From a virus (Duplodnaviria > Caudoviricetes), in IMG/VR virus record IMGVR_UViG_3300043443_000351, positions 107 to 64,106 of that record: a DNA stretch of 64,000 bases. One strand, given 5' to 3'. The position numbers and the translations under genes are program-made. Every line of letters begins with the position of its first letter. Positions within the stretch are counted from its first letter, which is position 1. This document shows positions 8,536 through 18,064 of the stretch, piece after piece. The notes below the pieces were generated by a model. That model had not been told where the DNA came from and made no database searches. It saw only the letters and a list, made by a program, of their open reading frames with translations.

Positions 8536-9426
8536 ATGAATTTAGGCTACGCATGTATTAATATGACTATGGGTAAAAAAATTACCACAAATCGTACTAT
8601 GGTTAAACGCACCTTCAATGAGAAGGGTTTGGATTATGTATCGGAACTCGCATTATTGAATGCAAAAGATATTATTAAAATATTAGAATGGAATAAGCAA
8701 AATAAAATTAACTTCTTTCGCTTATCATCTGCTCTTATTCCTTGGGGCGATAATATTGATATTACGCAGTTAAAAGATTACAAAGAAATTAAAAGCGAAT
8801 TAAAGAAAGCAGGTGATTTCGCAAAACATCACAATATTCGTATAACATCCCATCCAGGTCCATTTAATGTGTTAGTTTCACCATCGGAATCGGTAGTAGA
8901 AAAAACTATTGCAGATTTAGAATTACATGGTAAAGTATTTGATATGATGGGTTTATCTTTAACTCCTTACAATAAGATTAATATTCATTGTAATGGTGTT
9001 TACGGAGATAAAAAATCAGCAATGGATAGATTTATCAAAAACTTCCAAAGACTCTCTAAATCGGTTCAAAAACGACTTACAATTGAGAATGATGATAAGA
9101 GTTCTATGTATTCAGTTAAAGATTTGATGTATATTCACGAAAAGATTGGTATTCCAATTGTATTCGATTATCATCATCATACATTTTGTACAGGCGATTT
9201 ATCAGAAGAACAAGCTCTTAAATTAGCAGCTACAACTTGGCCCGAAGGAATTGTACCAGTTGTACATTATTCCGAATCAAAAGCATTGCATGAAAATAAC
9301 TCAAAAGAAAAACCACAAGCTCATTCATTGTATATTAATTCCCTCCCTAATACATACGAATTGGATGTAGACATTATGGTTGAGGCAAAAGCAAAAGAAT
9401 TAGCGATATTACCATTTATTAAATAA
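8536..9426 (+). CDS. uvsE: UV damage endonuclease (UVDE)
   Basis: LGYACIN, SHPGPF, LTIENDD, VFDYHHH and DIMVEAKAKELA motifs. Confidence 0.93.
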   Translation: MNLGYACINMTMGKKITTNRTMVKRTFNEKGLDYVSELALLNAKDIIKILEWNKQNKINFFRLSSALIPWGDNIDITQLKDYKEIKSELKKAGDFAKHHNIRITSHPGPFNVLVSPSESVVEKTIADLELHGKVFDMMGLSLTPYNKINIHCNGVYGDKKSAMDRFIKNFQRLSKSVQKRLTIENDDKSSMYSVKDLMYIHEKIGIPIVFDYHHHTFCTGDLSEEQALKLAATTWPEGIVPVVHYSESKALHENNSKEKPQAHSLYINSLPNTYELDVDIMVEAKAKELAILPFIK

Positions 9427-9427
9427 T

Positions 9428-9826
9428 ATGAAAAAGTATTTAGCACAAGCGGCATTTAAATCATCATCAAATGATGTAAAATATTCAATGTATATTGGAA
9501 GATGGCAGCCTTGGCATGAAGGACATCGTTGGTTAATAGACCAAAGATTGAATGAAGGAAAAAAAGTTTTAATTTGTATTAGAGATGTAGAGCCAGATGA
9601 AAAGAATCCGTGGACTCCAAGTGAAGTATTACAAAATCTAACAAATGAACTATTGGATATTATCCAAGAAGGAAAAGTTAAAATTATTATTATACCTGAT
9701 ATTGAATCAATTAATATTGGTAGAGGTGTTGGATACGATGTAATCGAACATTGCCCGCCCGATGATATCAAAGAAATATCCGCAACTGCAATCAGAAATA
9801 AAATGAAAGAGGAGGGTAAACTATGA
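9428..9826 (+). CDS. HIGH-superfamily nucleotidyltransferase (cytidylyltransferase-like)
   Basis: GRWQPWHEGH (HxGH) and ISATAIR (KMSKS-equivalent). Confidence 0.8.
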   Translation: MKKYLAQAAFKSSSNDVKYSMYIGRWQPWHEGHRWLIDQRLNEGKKVLICIRDVEPDEKNPWTPSEVLQNLTNELLDIIQEGKVKIIIIPDIESINIGRGVGYDVIEHCPPDDIKEISATAIRNKMKEEGKL

Positions 9827-10071
9827 TTGTAGAAAGGAAAAGGCATATAGCTAAAACCATCTCATATCGAATTATAAGTACCTTAATTGGGTTTATTATT
9901 ATGTGGTGGGTAAGTGGTTCAATTAAAGTTGGAGCCGCTTTTGGAGTAGCAGAATTAGTTTATAAGCCTATACAATATTACATACACGAAAGAATATGGT
10001 ATAAATGGATTAAATACGGATTAAAAACTGAAAAAAATGGAAAACCAAGGAAAAACCCCAAAACAAATTAA
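9823..10071 (+). CDS. DUF2061-like small membrane protein
   Basis: RHIAKTISYRII...YYIHERIW pattern. Confidence 0.75.
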   Translation: MIVERKRHIAKTISYRIISTLIGFIIMWWVSGSIKVGAAFGVAELVYKPIQYYIHERIWYKWIKYGLKTEKNGKPRKNPKTN

Positions 10072-10147
10072 ATTTTCTGAAGATGTATCATTCTATTCAA
10101 TCGTAGGATTGATAATAACATTATTGATTACAATACTAATAAAATAA
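10037..10147 (+). CDS. Small single-pass membrane protein (36 aa, not in ORF track)
   Basis: MENQGKTPKQIKFSEDVSFYSIVGLIITLLITILIK; stops 3 nt before def. Confidence 0.5.
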   Translation: MENQGKTPKQIKFSEDVSFYSIVGLIITLLITILIK

Positions 10148-10150
10148 AAT

Positions 10151-10786
10151 ATGAAATTAATTGTTGACAAACAAAAAAATGGATTAACTAATCCTGAATT
10201 CGTTAAATACTTAAAAAAGCCTGTATTAAAATCCGAATTGACTCAATTTGAAGCAGATATACTTAGAGATACGTTATTTGCGGCACTTAAAGGAATGGGT
10301 GGAGTTGGATTATCTGCTAATCAAATCGGAGTTAATAAAAGAGCTTGTGTTATTAAATTTAATGATGAAGAATTATTTTTATTAAATCCAATAATTACAC
10401 AACGTTCAAATGATGGATTTATTTTTTATGAAGGTTGTCTTTCGATGCCGGATACTATGAAAAAGCCTGTTAGAACCATTCGTTCTACAAAAGTAGTTGT
10501 AATGACTGATAATTTGGGAGAATTAGTATTTGAAGTAAATCCCGAAGAAGATAGAAAAGGTGAACAAGTATCAGCCGATACAATGAAAACAGTTATCGTT
10601 CAGCATGAAATAGACCATTTGGATGGTATTACAATTAAAGATAGAGTATATTCTACGACTGTTGTTAAAAAGCAAGATTATGGTAGAAATGATAAAATTG
10701 TAATGAAATCCAAAGAAGGCGAATTAGTTGAAGTTAAATTCAAAAACGCAAACAAATATTTTTTACAAGGATACGAAGTAGTATAA
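10151..10786 (+). CDS. def: Peptide deformylase
   Basis: GVGLSANQIG, EGCLS and QHEIDHLDG: all three PDF motifs. Confidence 0.95.
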   Translation: MKLIVDKQKNGLTNPEFVKYLKKPVLKSELTQFEADILRDTLFAALKGMGGVGLSANQIGVNKRACVIKFNDEELFLLNPIITQRSNDGFIFYEGCLSMPDTMKKPVRTIRSTKVVVMTDNLGELVFEVNPEEDRKGEQVSADTMKTVIVQHEIDHLDGITIKDRVYSTTVVKKQDYGRNDKIVMKSKEGELVEVKFKNANKYFLQGYEVV

Positions 10787-10787
10787 T

Positions 10788-11027
10788 ATGGAATTAATAA
10801 TAATAATTTTAGTTGTATTCTTAGCAGTTGCAGGATATACAATTCATAATCTTCTTATTAAATTAGAAAAGTATGAAGATTTTATAGATTTACAAGAACA
10901 AAATAATATAACATTACTGGAGACTTTGCGAGATATAGATTCTAAGCAAATGTTTGAGAAGGATGATGAAGTGGGTTCTTTATTTACTCAAATAAAAGAT
11001 ACCATAGAAACTTTCAAACAAATATAA
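10788..11027 (+). CDS. Small membrane-anchored protein
   Basis: N-terminal hydrophobic helix followed by a coiled coil. Confidence 0.65.
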   Translation: MELIIIILVVFLAVAGYTIHNLLIKLEKYEDFIDLQEQNNITLLETLRDIDSKQMFEKDDEVGSLFTQIKDTIETFKQI

Positions 11028-11029
11028 AA

Positions 11030-11719
11030 ATGCCTAGAAAAAGAGTACCTAGAATGTACTTCACAAAAGATACCGAAGATGCCATCATTGAGTATAATAA
11101 AAGTGAAGACCAGCGTGTAAAAAATAAACTATACAAAGATAGAATACAGCATTCATTTGAAAAATTAGCAGAGATTGTTTATAACAAATGGAAGTTTACA
11201 TATTTTGATGATGACCCGCAAGATGTAATGGCGGAGGTTGTTGCATTTATGATTGAAAAAATTCATATGTACCAAGAAGGTAAAGGAAAAGCATTCTCTT
11301 ACTTTACTATTGTTGCAAGAAACTATCTTATTTTAAATAATAATTCAAACTATAAACGTTACAAAGATACCGATGTAATGTCCTCTCTACCTGATAATTG
11401 GGATACTGAAAACAATTGGGCAGAAGAAGTTCGTAACGATGAACATAGAACATTTAATGATAGAATGTTATTATATTGGGATACCCATTTAGAGAACTTT
11501 TTTCAAAAAAAGAGAGATATACAAATCGCAGATGCAGTTTTAGAATTATTCAGAAGAGCAAATTATATAGAAAGTTTCAATAAAAAATCATTATATCTAC
11601 TTATTAGAGAAATGACAGGATACCCTACTCATTATATAACTAAGGTTGTCAATAAAATGAAAGAAAGACAAATGGAGTTATATAACGAATTCGATAGAGA
11701 GGGTGATATAAAAATTTAA
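11030..11719 (+). CDS. Phage sigma factor, T4 gp55-like
   Basis: YF...AIIEY N-terminus and KAFSYFTIVARNYLI resemble region 2 of gp55-type late sigma factors. Confidence 0.7.
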   Translation: MPRKRVPRMYFTKDTEDAIIEYNKSEDQRVKNKLYKDRIQHSFEKLAEIVYNKWKFTYFDDDPQDVMAEVVAFMIEKIHMYQEGKGKAFSYFTIVARNYLILNNNSNYKRYKDTDVMSSLPDNWDTENNWAEEVRNDEHRTFNDRMLLYWDTHLENFFQKKRDIQIADAVLELFRRANYIESFNKKSLYLLIREMTGYPTHYITKVVNKMKERQMELYNEFDREGDIKI

Positions 11720-11723
11720 TATT

Positions 11724-13433
11724 ATGGTCTTATTAGGTATTTCCGCATTCTATCATGATTCTGCGGTATGTTTATTCGAAGATGGTAAAGTAATAGCAGC
11801 AATAGAAGAAGAGAAATTATCTGGCATAAAGCACGATAACTCCTTTCCAATTAAAGCAATTAAATGGGTTTTACAATATTCTAAAAAAAGTATATCGGAT
11901 ATTGATACTATTTGTTGGTATGAAGACCCTGCTATAAAATACGATAGAGTTAAAAATACATTAGGAAAACATTGGTGGAAAAATCGTAAGACTTGGAAAA
12001 AGTTTAAAGAGGAATTCGATTCTACTGAAGGTGATTTAACTATGTATTTGGCTAAAAGATTAAATTTTACCGGAAACATTGAATATGTAAAACATCATAA
12101 TTCTCATTTAGCATTTTCATATTATACATCACCATTTCACGATGCAATTGGTATTTCAATAGATGGTGTTGGTGAATGGGAAACCGCATTGGCTGTTAGA
12201 TGTAAAGATAATACATTTGAAGAAATTAATTCTATGAAGTTTCCAAACTCATTAGGATTGGTGTATTCTACTATAACTGCTTATTTAGGGTTTAAGCCAA
12301 ATGGTGGAGAATATAAAGTAATGGGATTAGCACCATATGGTGACCCATCTAGATTCAAACATACATTTGATAAAATGTTTAGATTTGATAGTAATGGTGT
12401 AATCGAAATTAATCAGAAATATTTTACTTGGCAATATTCTAATACCGATATGTACACATACGATTTGGTAAAATTAATTGGAATAGAACCAAGAGAACCA
12501 GAATCTGCTATTGAACAAGAGCATATGGATTTAGCAGCAGCTTTACAAAAATGGTATGAAAGTTGTTTTTATTTTTTTGTAAATAATTGTATGCAAAATG
12601 CAGATACTGCTAACTTAGTATTAGGAGGAGGTTCTGCATATAATGGTACTGCTAATGGGAAGATACAAAGACATACATCCGTAAAAGAATTATGGATTCC
12701 ATTTGCTCCATCTGATGCCGGTTCTGCAATTGGTGCATGCTTATATTATTGGCATAATATATTAGGAAATCAAAAAGTAATTGATGGAGATAATCAATCT
12801 CCATATTTGGGTCAAAGCTGGGATACAAAGGAATTAACTAATATTTTATCAAAAGAAAAAGCTGAAAACAAAGAACTAAATGTTAGAATCTATAATTCAA
12901 AAGATAGATTATTAAATAAGGTTGCAAAATTAGTTAATGAAGGTAATATAGTTGGTTGGTTTCAAGGTAGAACTGAATTTGGTGCAAGAGCATTGGGTAA
13001 TCGTTCCATATTAGCTAATCCACATTTATCAGATGTTAGGGATAGAATTAATAAGGTTGTCAAAAAGAGAGAAATGTTTAGACCATTTGCTCCATCCGTA
13101 ACATTTGAGGATTATGAAAAATATTTTTCTTCAGAAGGAGAAGTTCCATATATGAATCAAGTTGTTAAAGTTACAAACTATAAATCAATCCCATCCGTAA
13201 CTCACGTGGATGGTTCAGCAAGAATTCAAACTTTGAAAAGAGAAATGAATCCGCTTTATTATGATTTATTAAAAGCATTTGAAAAGATAAGCGGTACACC
13301 AATACTTTTAAACACATCTTTTAATTTAAGAGGACACACAATGACTAACGACCCTAAGAAAGCAATTTGGACATTCCTTAATTGTGATATGGATTATTTA
13401 GTAATGGGTAACTTTATAATAAGTAAGAAATGA
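11724..13433 (+). CDS. O-carbamoyltransferase (NodU/CmcH/TobZ family)
   Basis: LGISAFYHDSA, EEEK, HHNSH, DGVGE, EYKVMGLAPYG, GARALGNRS, RPFAP and LLNTSFN motifs. Confidence 0.95.
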   Translation: MVLLGISAFYHDSAVCLFEDGKVIAAIEEEKLSGIKHDNSFPIKAIKWVLQYSKKSISDIDTICWYEDPAIKYDRVKNTLGKHWWKNRKTWKKFKEEFDSTEGDLTMYLAKRLNFTGNIEYVKHHNSHLAFSYYTSPFHDAIGISIDGVGEWETALAVRCKDNTFEEINSMKFPNSLGLVYSTITAYLGFKPNGGEYKVMGLAPYGDPSRFKHTFDKMFRFDSNGVIEINQKYFTWQYSNTDMYTYDLVKLIGIEPREPESAIEQEHMDLAAALQKWYESCFYFFVNNCMQNADTANLVLGGGSAYNGTANGKIQRHTSVKELWIPFAPSDAGSAIGACLYYWHNILGNQKVIDGDNQSPYLGQSWDTKELTNILSKEKAENKELNVRIYNSKDRLLNKVAKLVNEGNIVGWFQGRTEFGARALGNRSILANPHLSDVRDRINKVVKKREMFRPFAPSVTFEDYEKYFSSEGEVPYMNQVVKVTNYKSIPSVTHVDGSARIQTLKREMNPLYYDLLKAFEKISGTPILLNTSFNLRGHTMTNDPKKAIWTFLNCDMDYLVMGNFIISKK

Positions 13434-14203
13434 AATTATACGCATACGGAGATAGTTGGACAGAAGGACAAGGTTGTAGAATAGATGATGAATCCAAATT
13501 AAAAGATAGAATGATTCTAAGAGATTTTAGAAACAAATACTCTTGGCCAATCAAATTAGCTAACAAATTAGGATGTGACCACGAAAATAATGGATGGAGT
13601 GGTAGAGCAAATAACCTTATCTTTAATGATGTTATAAGCGATTTAAGAAACGGAAAGATTCACAAAGGAGATTTAGTTGTTATAATGTGGAGTTCATCTT
13701 TAAGAGATTATGTACATTTTTTACCAAAAGGCGAATGGATTAGTTGGTCTATAAAAGAACTTACATTGCTACCGCATAAGTTTTTTGAATCATATAAATT
13801 TGGCGATGATAAATACAATGATTTTTTAGAAAGATATAAAAAGTTTTTCTTACAAAATATGTTTAATCAAAATTATTATAATATTATAAATCAAAACTAC
13901 ATTGTATTTTTGCAAAAAATGTTAGAAGATTATGAAGTAAACTATTTGATGTTAGATGCATTTGATATGATGGTGCAAGATTTAAATAAAGAAGATGATA
14001 TAACTCATTTGATAAATAAAAAGAACTATTGGGGATTTACCAAACAAACTATTAGAGATTATATAGTAAAAATATCAGATGAAACTGCTTGGGAATACCC
14101 TCAACCTTTTGAAGAAATACCATCAAAACATCCAAATGAAAAAGGATACAATCTAATAAGTGAAGAAATTTATAATTATATAGTAAAGAATAACATAATT
14201 TAA
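13430..14203 (+). CDS. SGNH-like hydrolase or acyltransferase
   Basis: YGDSWT, GRAN and KHPNEKGY motifs. Confidence 0.75.
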   Translation: MKLYAYGDSWTEGQGCRIDDESKLKDRMILRDFRNKYSWPIKLANKLGCDHENNGWSGRANNLIFNDVISDLRNGKIHKGDLVVIMWSSSLRDYVHFLPKGEWISWSIKELTLLPHKFFESYKFGDDKYNDFLERYKKFFLQNMFNQNYYNIINQNYIVFLQKMLEDYEVNYLMLDAFDMMVQDLNKEDDITHLINKKNYWGFTKQTIRDYIVKISDETAWEYPQPFEEIPSKHPNEKGYNLISEEIYNYIVKNNII

Positions 14204-14204
14204 T

Positions 14205-14609
14205 ATGGGCGCAGAATTTCAGCTTTTTGATGGTAAAAATTTATCATCATTGTTTAAAGATATATACGAAAACCAACAAAACAAAAAGAAGAATATTTCA
14301 GAAATGATTGAATCTCTTCGTAAATTAATTAAAAATGTTGGTGAAGCAACTGTACTTGCTCCAATCATCAGAGATTTAATTGATACATCGGTTAAGAATG
14401 ATGACCATTTGATTAAACTTGCAACAATTGCACAAAGATTGGCAGCAGCTGAAGCAAAAGGTATTGGAGAAGATGGTTGGTTAAGCGAAAGCGAAAAAAC
14501 ACAATTACTTACCGAATTGGAAGATACGGTAAATGAAATCGATAAAAAAAATGAAGAAAAATTGGTTGATATCCAAATAGAATTAGAAGATATTAAATCT
14601 AAAATTTAA
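14205..14609 (+). CDS. Hypothetical helical phage protein
   Basis: Intact ORF coupled by TAATG to the baseplate genes; no motif recognised. Confidence 0.7.
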   Translation: MGAEFQLFDGKNLSSLFKDIYENQQNKKKNISEMIESLRKLIKNVGEATVLAPIIRDLIDTSVKNDDHLIKLATIAQRLAAAEAKGIGEDGWLSESEKTQLLTELEDTVNEIDKKNEEKLVDIQIELEDIKSKI

Positions 14610-15841
14610 TGGCAAACATAGAATCATATTTAGCAACAGTAAATAAAGTATTTCTCATAGATATGGAGTTGAATCCATATGAAAGTGGTGAAAATGCTGA
14701 TTACGTTTCTGTATATAATAAAAATAAAGATTTTTCAGATAAAGATGCTAGATTATATGGTGCTATAACTTACATATACCCAGAAATGACAACCGAATAT
14801 TATGCTTATCCATTTGATAAGAATAATTTCACAATGCCAATTAAAGGAGAAACTGTAATAATATTAGAAATAGATAAAAACAATATATTTTGGCTACCAT
14901 ACTCTATAACTCCATATTCAAATTATAGGAGAGATTATGTTACATATACCGATTTAAACCCAACGGATAATAATAAACCTGAATCTACAAATGAAGGTGG
15001 TAAAACTCTTAGAGAAACAAAGGATTCGGGCGGACAAACCAATTCTACGGATAAAAAAAATTCTACCGATGAATATAAGGTAAATGAAAAGATTAAGTTC
15101 TTAAAGCCAAAACAAGGTGATACTATTATAAGTGGTAGAGTTGGTAATACAATTCGTTTCAGTGAATTCTTTTTAACTGAAGATGGAAAAACCTCATCAC
15201 CTGCGATTTTTATTCGTAATAAGCAAAATCCCGAATTAGATTCTAAAAAAATTGGAGAATTAATTGAAGAAGATATTAATAAAGATGGTACATCCATTTA
15301 TATTACATCCAATAAAATAAAAATACCATTTAAAGAAGAAATTAAAAAAGAAAAGAAAGCATTTAAAGATTTTCCAAATTCAAAAGATTTAAGTGGTGAC
15401 CAATTATTTGTAAATTCCGATAGAATACTATTATCTGCTAAAGCAAAGGAATTTATTATTTTTGGTAAAGGAAATACGGGCGTAATTACTGATGGTAACT
15501 ATTCTATTGATGCTGAAAAAGAAATATACTTTCACAATAAGAAAAATATAACAATTCATTCAGAAGGTTCTAATCAAATATTCTTAAATTCAGATAATGG
15601 TAAAGTATATTTAGGTAAGAACAAAGGTGAAGGCGGAGCAGGAGCAGATGTACAAAAAATGGTATTGGGTGGTGAGTTAGTTAAATTGATGGGAGAATTA
15701 ATAGATGAAATAACTAAACAAATATACGCAACCCCAGTAGGACCAACTGCACCTGGACCTACTAACGCAGCAGCATTCAAAGCTATAAAAGGAAAACTTA
15801 ATACGTTATTATCTGCTAAAAACTATTTAAGTAAATCATAA
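14609..15841 (+). CDS. Baseplate hub/spike protein, gp5-like
   Basis: N-terminal OB-fold-like region (MPIKGETV), GDTIISGRVGNTIRF, and a C-terminal beta-helix-like and spike-type tail. Located upstream of the gp25-like gene. Confidence 0.6.
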   Translation: MANIESYLATVNKVFLIDMELNPYESGENADYVSVYNKNKDFSDKDARLYGAITYIYPEMTTEYYAYPFDKNNFTMPIKGETVIILEIDKNNIFWLPYSITPYSNYRRDYVTYTDLNPTDNNKPESTNEGGKTLRETKDSGGQTNSTDKKNSTDEYKVNEKIKFLKPKQGDTIISGRVGNTIRFSEFFLTEDGKTSSPAIFIRNKQNPELDSKKIGELIEEDINKDGTSIYITSNKIKIPFKEEIKKEKKAFKDFPNSKDLSGDQLFVNSDRILLSAKAKEFIIFGKGNTGVITDGNYSIDAEKEIYFHNKKNITIHSEGSNQIFLNSDNGKVYLGKNKGEGGAGADVQKMVLGGELVKLMGELIDEITKQIYATPVGPTAPGPTNAAAFKAIKGKLNTLLSAKNYLSKS

Positions 15842-17073
15842 TGTCTTGGACACTATTCAAAGTAAATGTTTTAAAATCTATGGTGTCTTTTCAATTTGCA
15901 AAAGACCCGGATGGATTTGCTGATTTTTATGCAAATGAATATGATAGTTGTATAAAAAGAGGTGGTGATATGCTATATGGTGTACCTATTATGAATGGTA
16001 ATGTGGCTGGTATGGCTGATGCTATAAAGAAAGCATTTAAAAAGGGACAAGATAGTGGTGATGAAAATTTTAATATATTAGCTGAAATATATCCATCAGC
16101 ATTTGATGCATATTGGTTAGGAGCAGAAATGGCACCAATACCAAATCCATTATTAAAACCCGCTGGGTGGCAATCTACTCCTCCTGCTCCAGGCGCCATT
16201 ATGAATATAGGACCAAATCCAATAATGTTAGCCTCATCTGCCGCATTACATAAAGCTGAAGTTGAAGCTACAAAAGCATTGGAAGATAAGTTGAAAGAAC
16301 AAACAATTGATATACCAAATATCGGTAGTGTAAATGTTTATGATACACTTCAAAAACTTTTAAAAAAAGAACCAGTAGATTCAAAAATAGCAAATCACCC
16401 TGCCGTTAAACTTGGTAAAAGTGTAATGCAAAGAGCAAAGCAAGCTAAAAAGAAAAAACCATCAATAGGTTCTCAATTAAAAAAGGCAATAAAATTTCCA
16501 TTTCCAGAATTACCAAAGAAAAAGGAAATAATAGAAAAAGCAAAGCAAAAATTATTAGAGGTAGCAGTAGAAGAATTAAAAAATCAATTGATTATACCAA
16601 TAGAAGCTGCTATTTTAGCACCAATTATAGCTACAATACAAACTGCCGTTGAAATAGCTAATAGCATACCATCTCCAAAACCAACGCCACCACAAATTAA
16701 AAAATTTGTAAAAGATACAATAGATGGCGTTAAGCCTGATATAGAATTGCCTGGAATTAGTATTCCAAAAATACCAACAAAGGCGGAATTGAAAGCTATG
16801 GTAGAAGAAAAAGTACCAACTAAAGAGGAATTGGAAGCAATGGCTTATGATATGATTAAGGATAAAATACCTCAAATTCCTAATATATTTTTCATACCAC
16901 CAACTATAAAATTCAGTTTTGAAACAAATATAATGATTAATCCATTTGTTAATGTAGCTAAAACTCATTTAATGGGTGCTAATGGTATAATGTCTGTTAT
17001 GGCACAATATCCGCCACCAGCACCACCTGCTCCAGCTATACTAAATTGGAATGGTTATAAAATCATAGGTTAA
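15841..17073 (+). CDS. Hypothetical structural protein, Pro/Lys-rich
   Basis: Within the baseplate module; IPTKAEL/VPTKEEL repeats and PPPAPPAP near the C-terminus. Confidence 0.6.
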   Translation: MSWTLFKVNVLKSMVSFQFAKDPDGFADFYANEYDSCIKRGGDMLYGVPIMNGNVAGMADAIKKAFKKGQDSGDENFNILAEIYPSAFDAYWLGAEMAPIPNPLLKPAGWQSTPPAPGAIMNIGPNPIMLASSAALHKAEVEATKALEDKLKEQTIDIPNIGSVNVYDTLQKLLKKEPVDSKIANHPAVKLGKSVMQRAKQAKKKKPSIGSQLKKAIKFPFPELPKKKEIIEKAKQKLLEVAVEELKNQLIIPIEAAILAPIIATIQTAVEIANSIPSPKPTPPQIKKFVKDTIDGVKPDIELPGISIPKIPTKAELKAMVEEKVPTKEELEAMAYDMIKDKIPQIPNIFFIPPTIKFSFETNIMINPFVNVAKTHLMGANGIMSVMAQYPPPAPPAPAILNWNGYKIIG

Positions 17074-17100
17074 TACAATCGTATTAAATTTATTCTTTCA

Positions 17101-17108
17101 ATATTTAT
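17101..17108 (+). promoter_or_regulatory. Putative late promoter motif ATATTTAT
   Basis: Intergenic, 23 nt before ATG 17132; the motif recurs before structural genes. Confidence 0.55.
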
Positions 17109-17131
17109 TACTAAACATACACACAATTATT

Positions 17132-17632
17132 ATGGATTCAAAATTATTAGTAGGTCTAATTAAGGAAGTTGTTAAGGGTGAAGTTAAACAACAAGTTAAA
17201 GAAGAATTAGCTAAATTAATTAAATCTGGTGCGGTTACATTAAACTCACAAAGAAAAACATCTACTCCATCATTGAGAGAGATGACTGAAGTTGCTCCTA
17301 CTCCTGTTAGAAAGCAGCAATCAATTGTACAACAAAGACCTCAACAAACAAAGGAGTTTACAAAAGACCCTATGATTAATGAGATTTTAAATATGACAAC
17401 TCCGTTTACAGCGGAACAACGTAAAGAAGGTGCACATGCGGTTAGTAGTGTATTAGATATGTTACAACCACAAATGAGTGTTGAAGAAGATTGGGATACA
17501 ATGGATTTTAGAGGAATGGAAGCTCCTCAAAATATTCCACAACAATTTGAATCAACGGGTGATGGATTACAAGATGCTACAATAAAAGCATTAACGAGAG
17601 ATTATAGTGAATTAGTAAAGAGATTTAAATAA
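17132..17632 (+). CDS. Hypothetical protein (baseplate module)
   Basis: Intact ORF, TAATG-coupled to the gp25-like gene. Confidence 0.65.
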   Translation: MDSKLLVGLIKEVVKGEVKQQVKEELAKLIKSGAVTLNSQRKTSTPSLREMTEVAPTPVRKQQSIVQQRPQQTKEFTKDPMINEILNMTTPFTAEQRKEGAHAVSSVLDMLQPQMSVEEDWDTMDFRGMEAPQNIPQQFESTGDGLQDATIKALTRDYSELVKRFK

Positions 17633-18063
17633 TGGCAATAGAGCTTGGTAAAGTAAACGTAGATGATTTAGTTGAAAATAACTATAAAGTTTTGGGGATT
17701 GGTATAAACCAAACCTCCGATTCTAATGGTATTTTTTCTACTAATTTTACTACGTTATCCCAAGCAAAAAATAATTTAATTAATCTGATTCTTACAAAAA
17801 AAGGAGAAAGATTGATGCAGCCTGAATTTGGTTGTGATATTTGGAAAGTTTTATTTGAACCAATTGATAATATAGAGGTTTCAATAGAAAATTCTATAAC
17901 AAATGCGGTTTCGATTTGGTTGCCATATTTGAATATAAACGAAATAATATTTGATTACGATGATAATGATATAGATACTAATAGAGTTGCATTGGATATA
18001 AAATTTTCATTAGTATCAAACCCCGCATTATCAGAATCTATACAAATAAATGTAGAAAAATAA
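17632..18063 (+). CDS. Baseplate wedge subunit, gp25-like
   Basis: QAKNNLINLILTKKGERLMQPEFGCDI signature. Confidence 0.9.
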   Translation: MAIELGKVNVDDLVENNYKVLGIGINQTSDSNGIFSTNFTTLSQAKNNLINLILTKKGERLMQPEFGCDIWKVLFEPIDNIEVSIENSITNAVSIWLPYLNINEIIFDYDDNDIDTNRVALDIKFSLVSNPALSESIQINVEK

Positions 18064-18064
18064 A

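Noticed and set aside
9409-9846. 145 aa minus-strand ORF
   Set aside because: Antisense shadow of the nucleotidyltransferase gene. The same applies to the other track ORFs nested in or opposite real genes (e.g. 14935, 16615, 41063, 59786).
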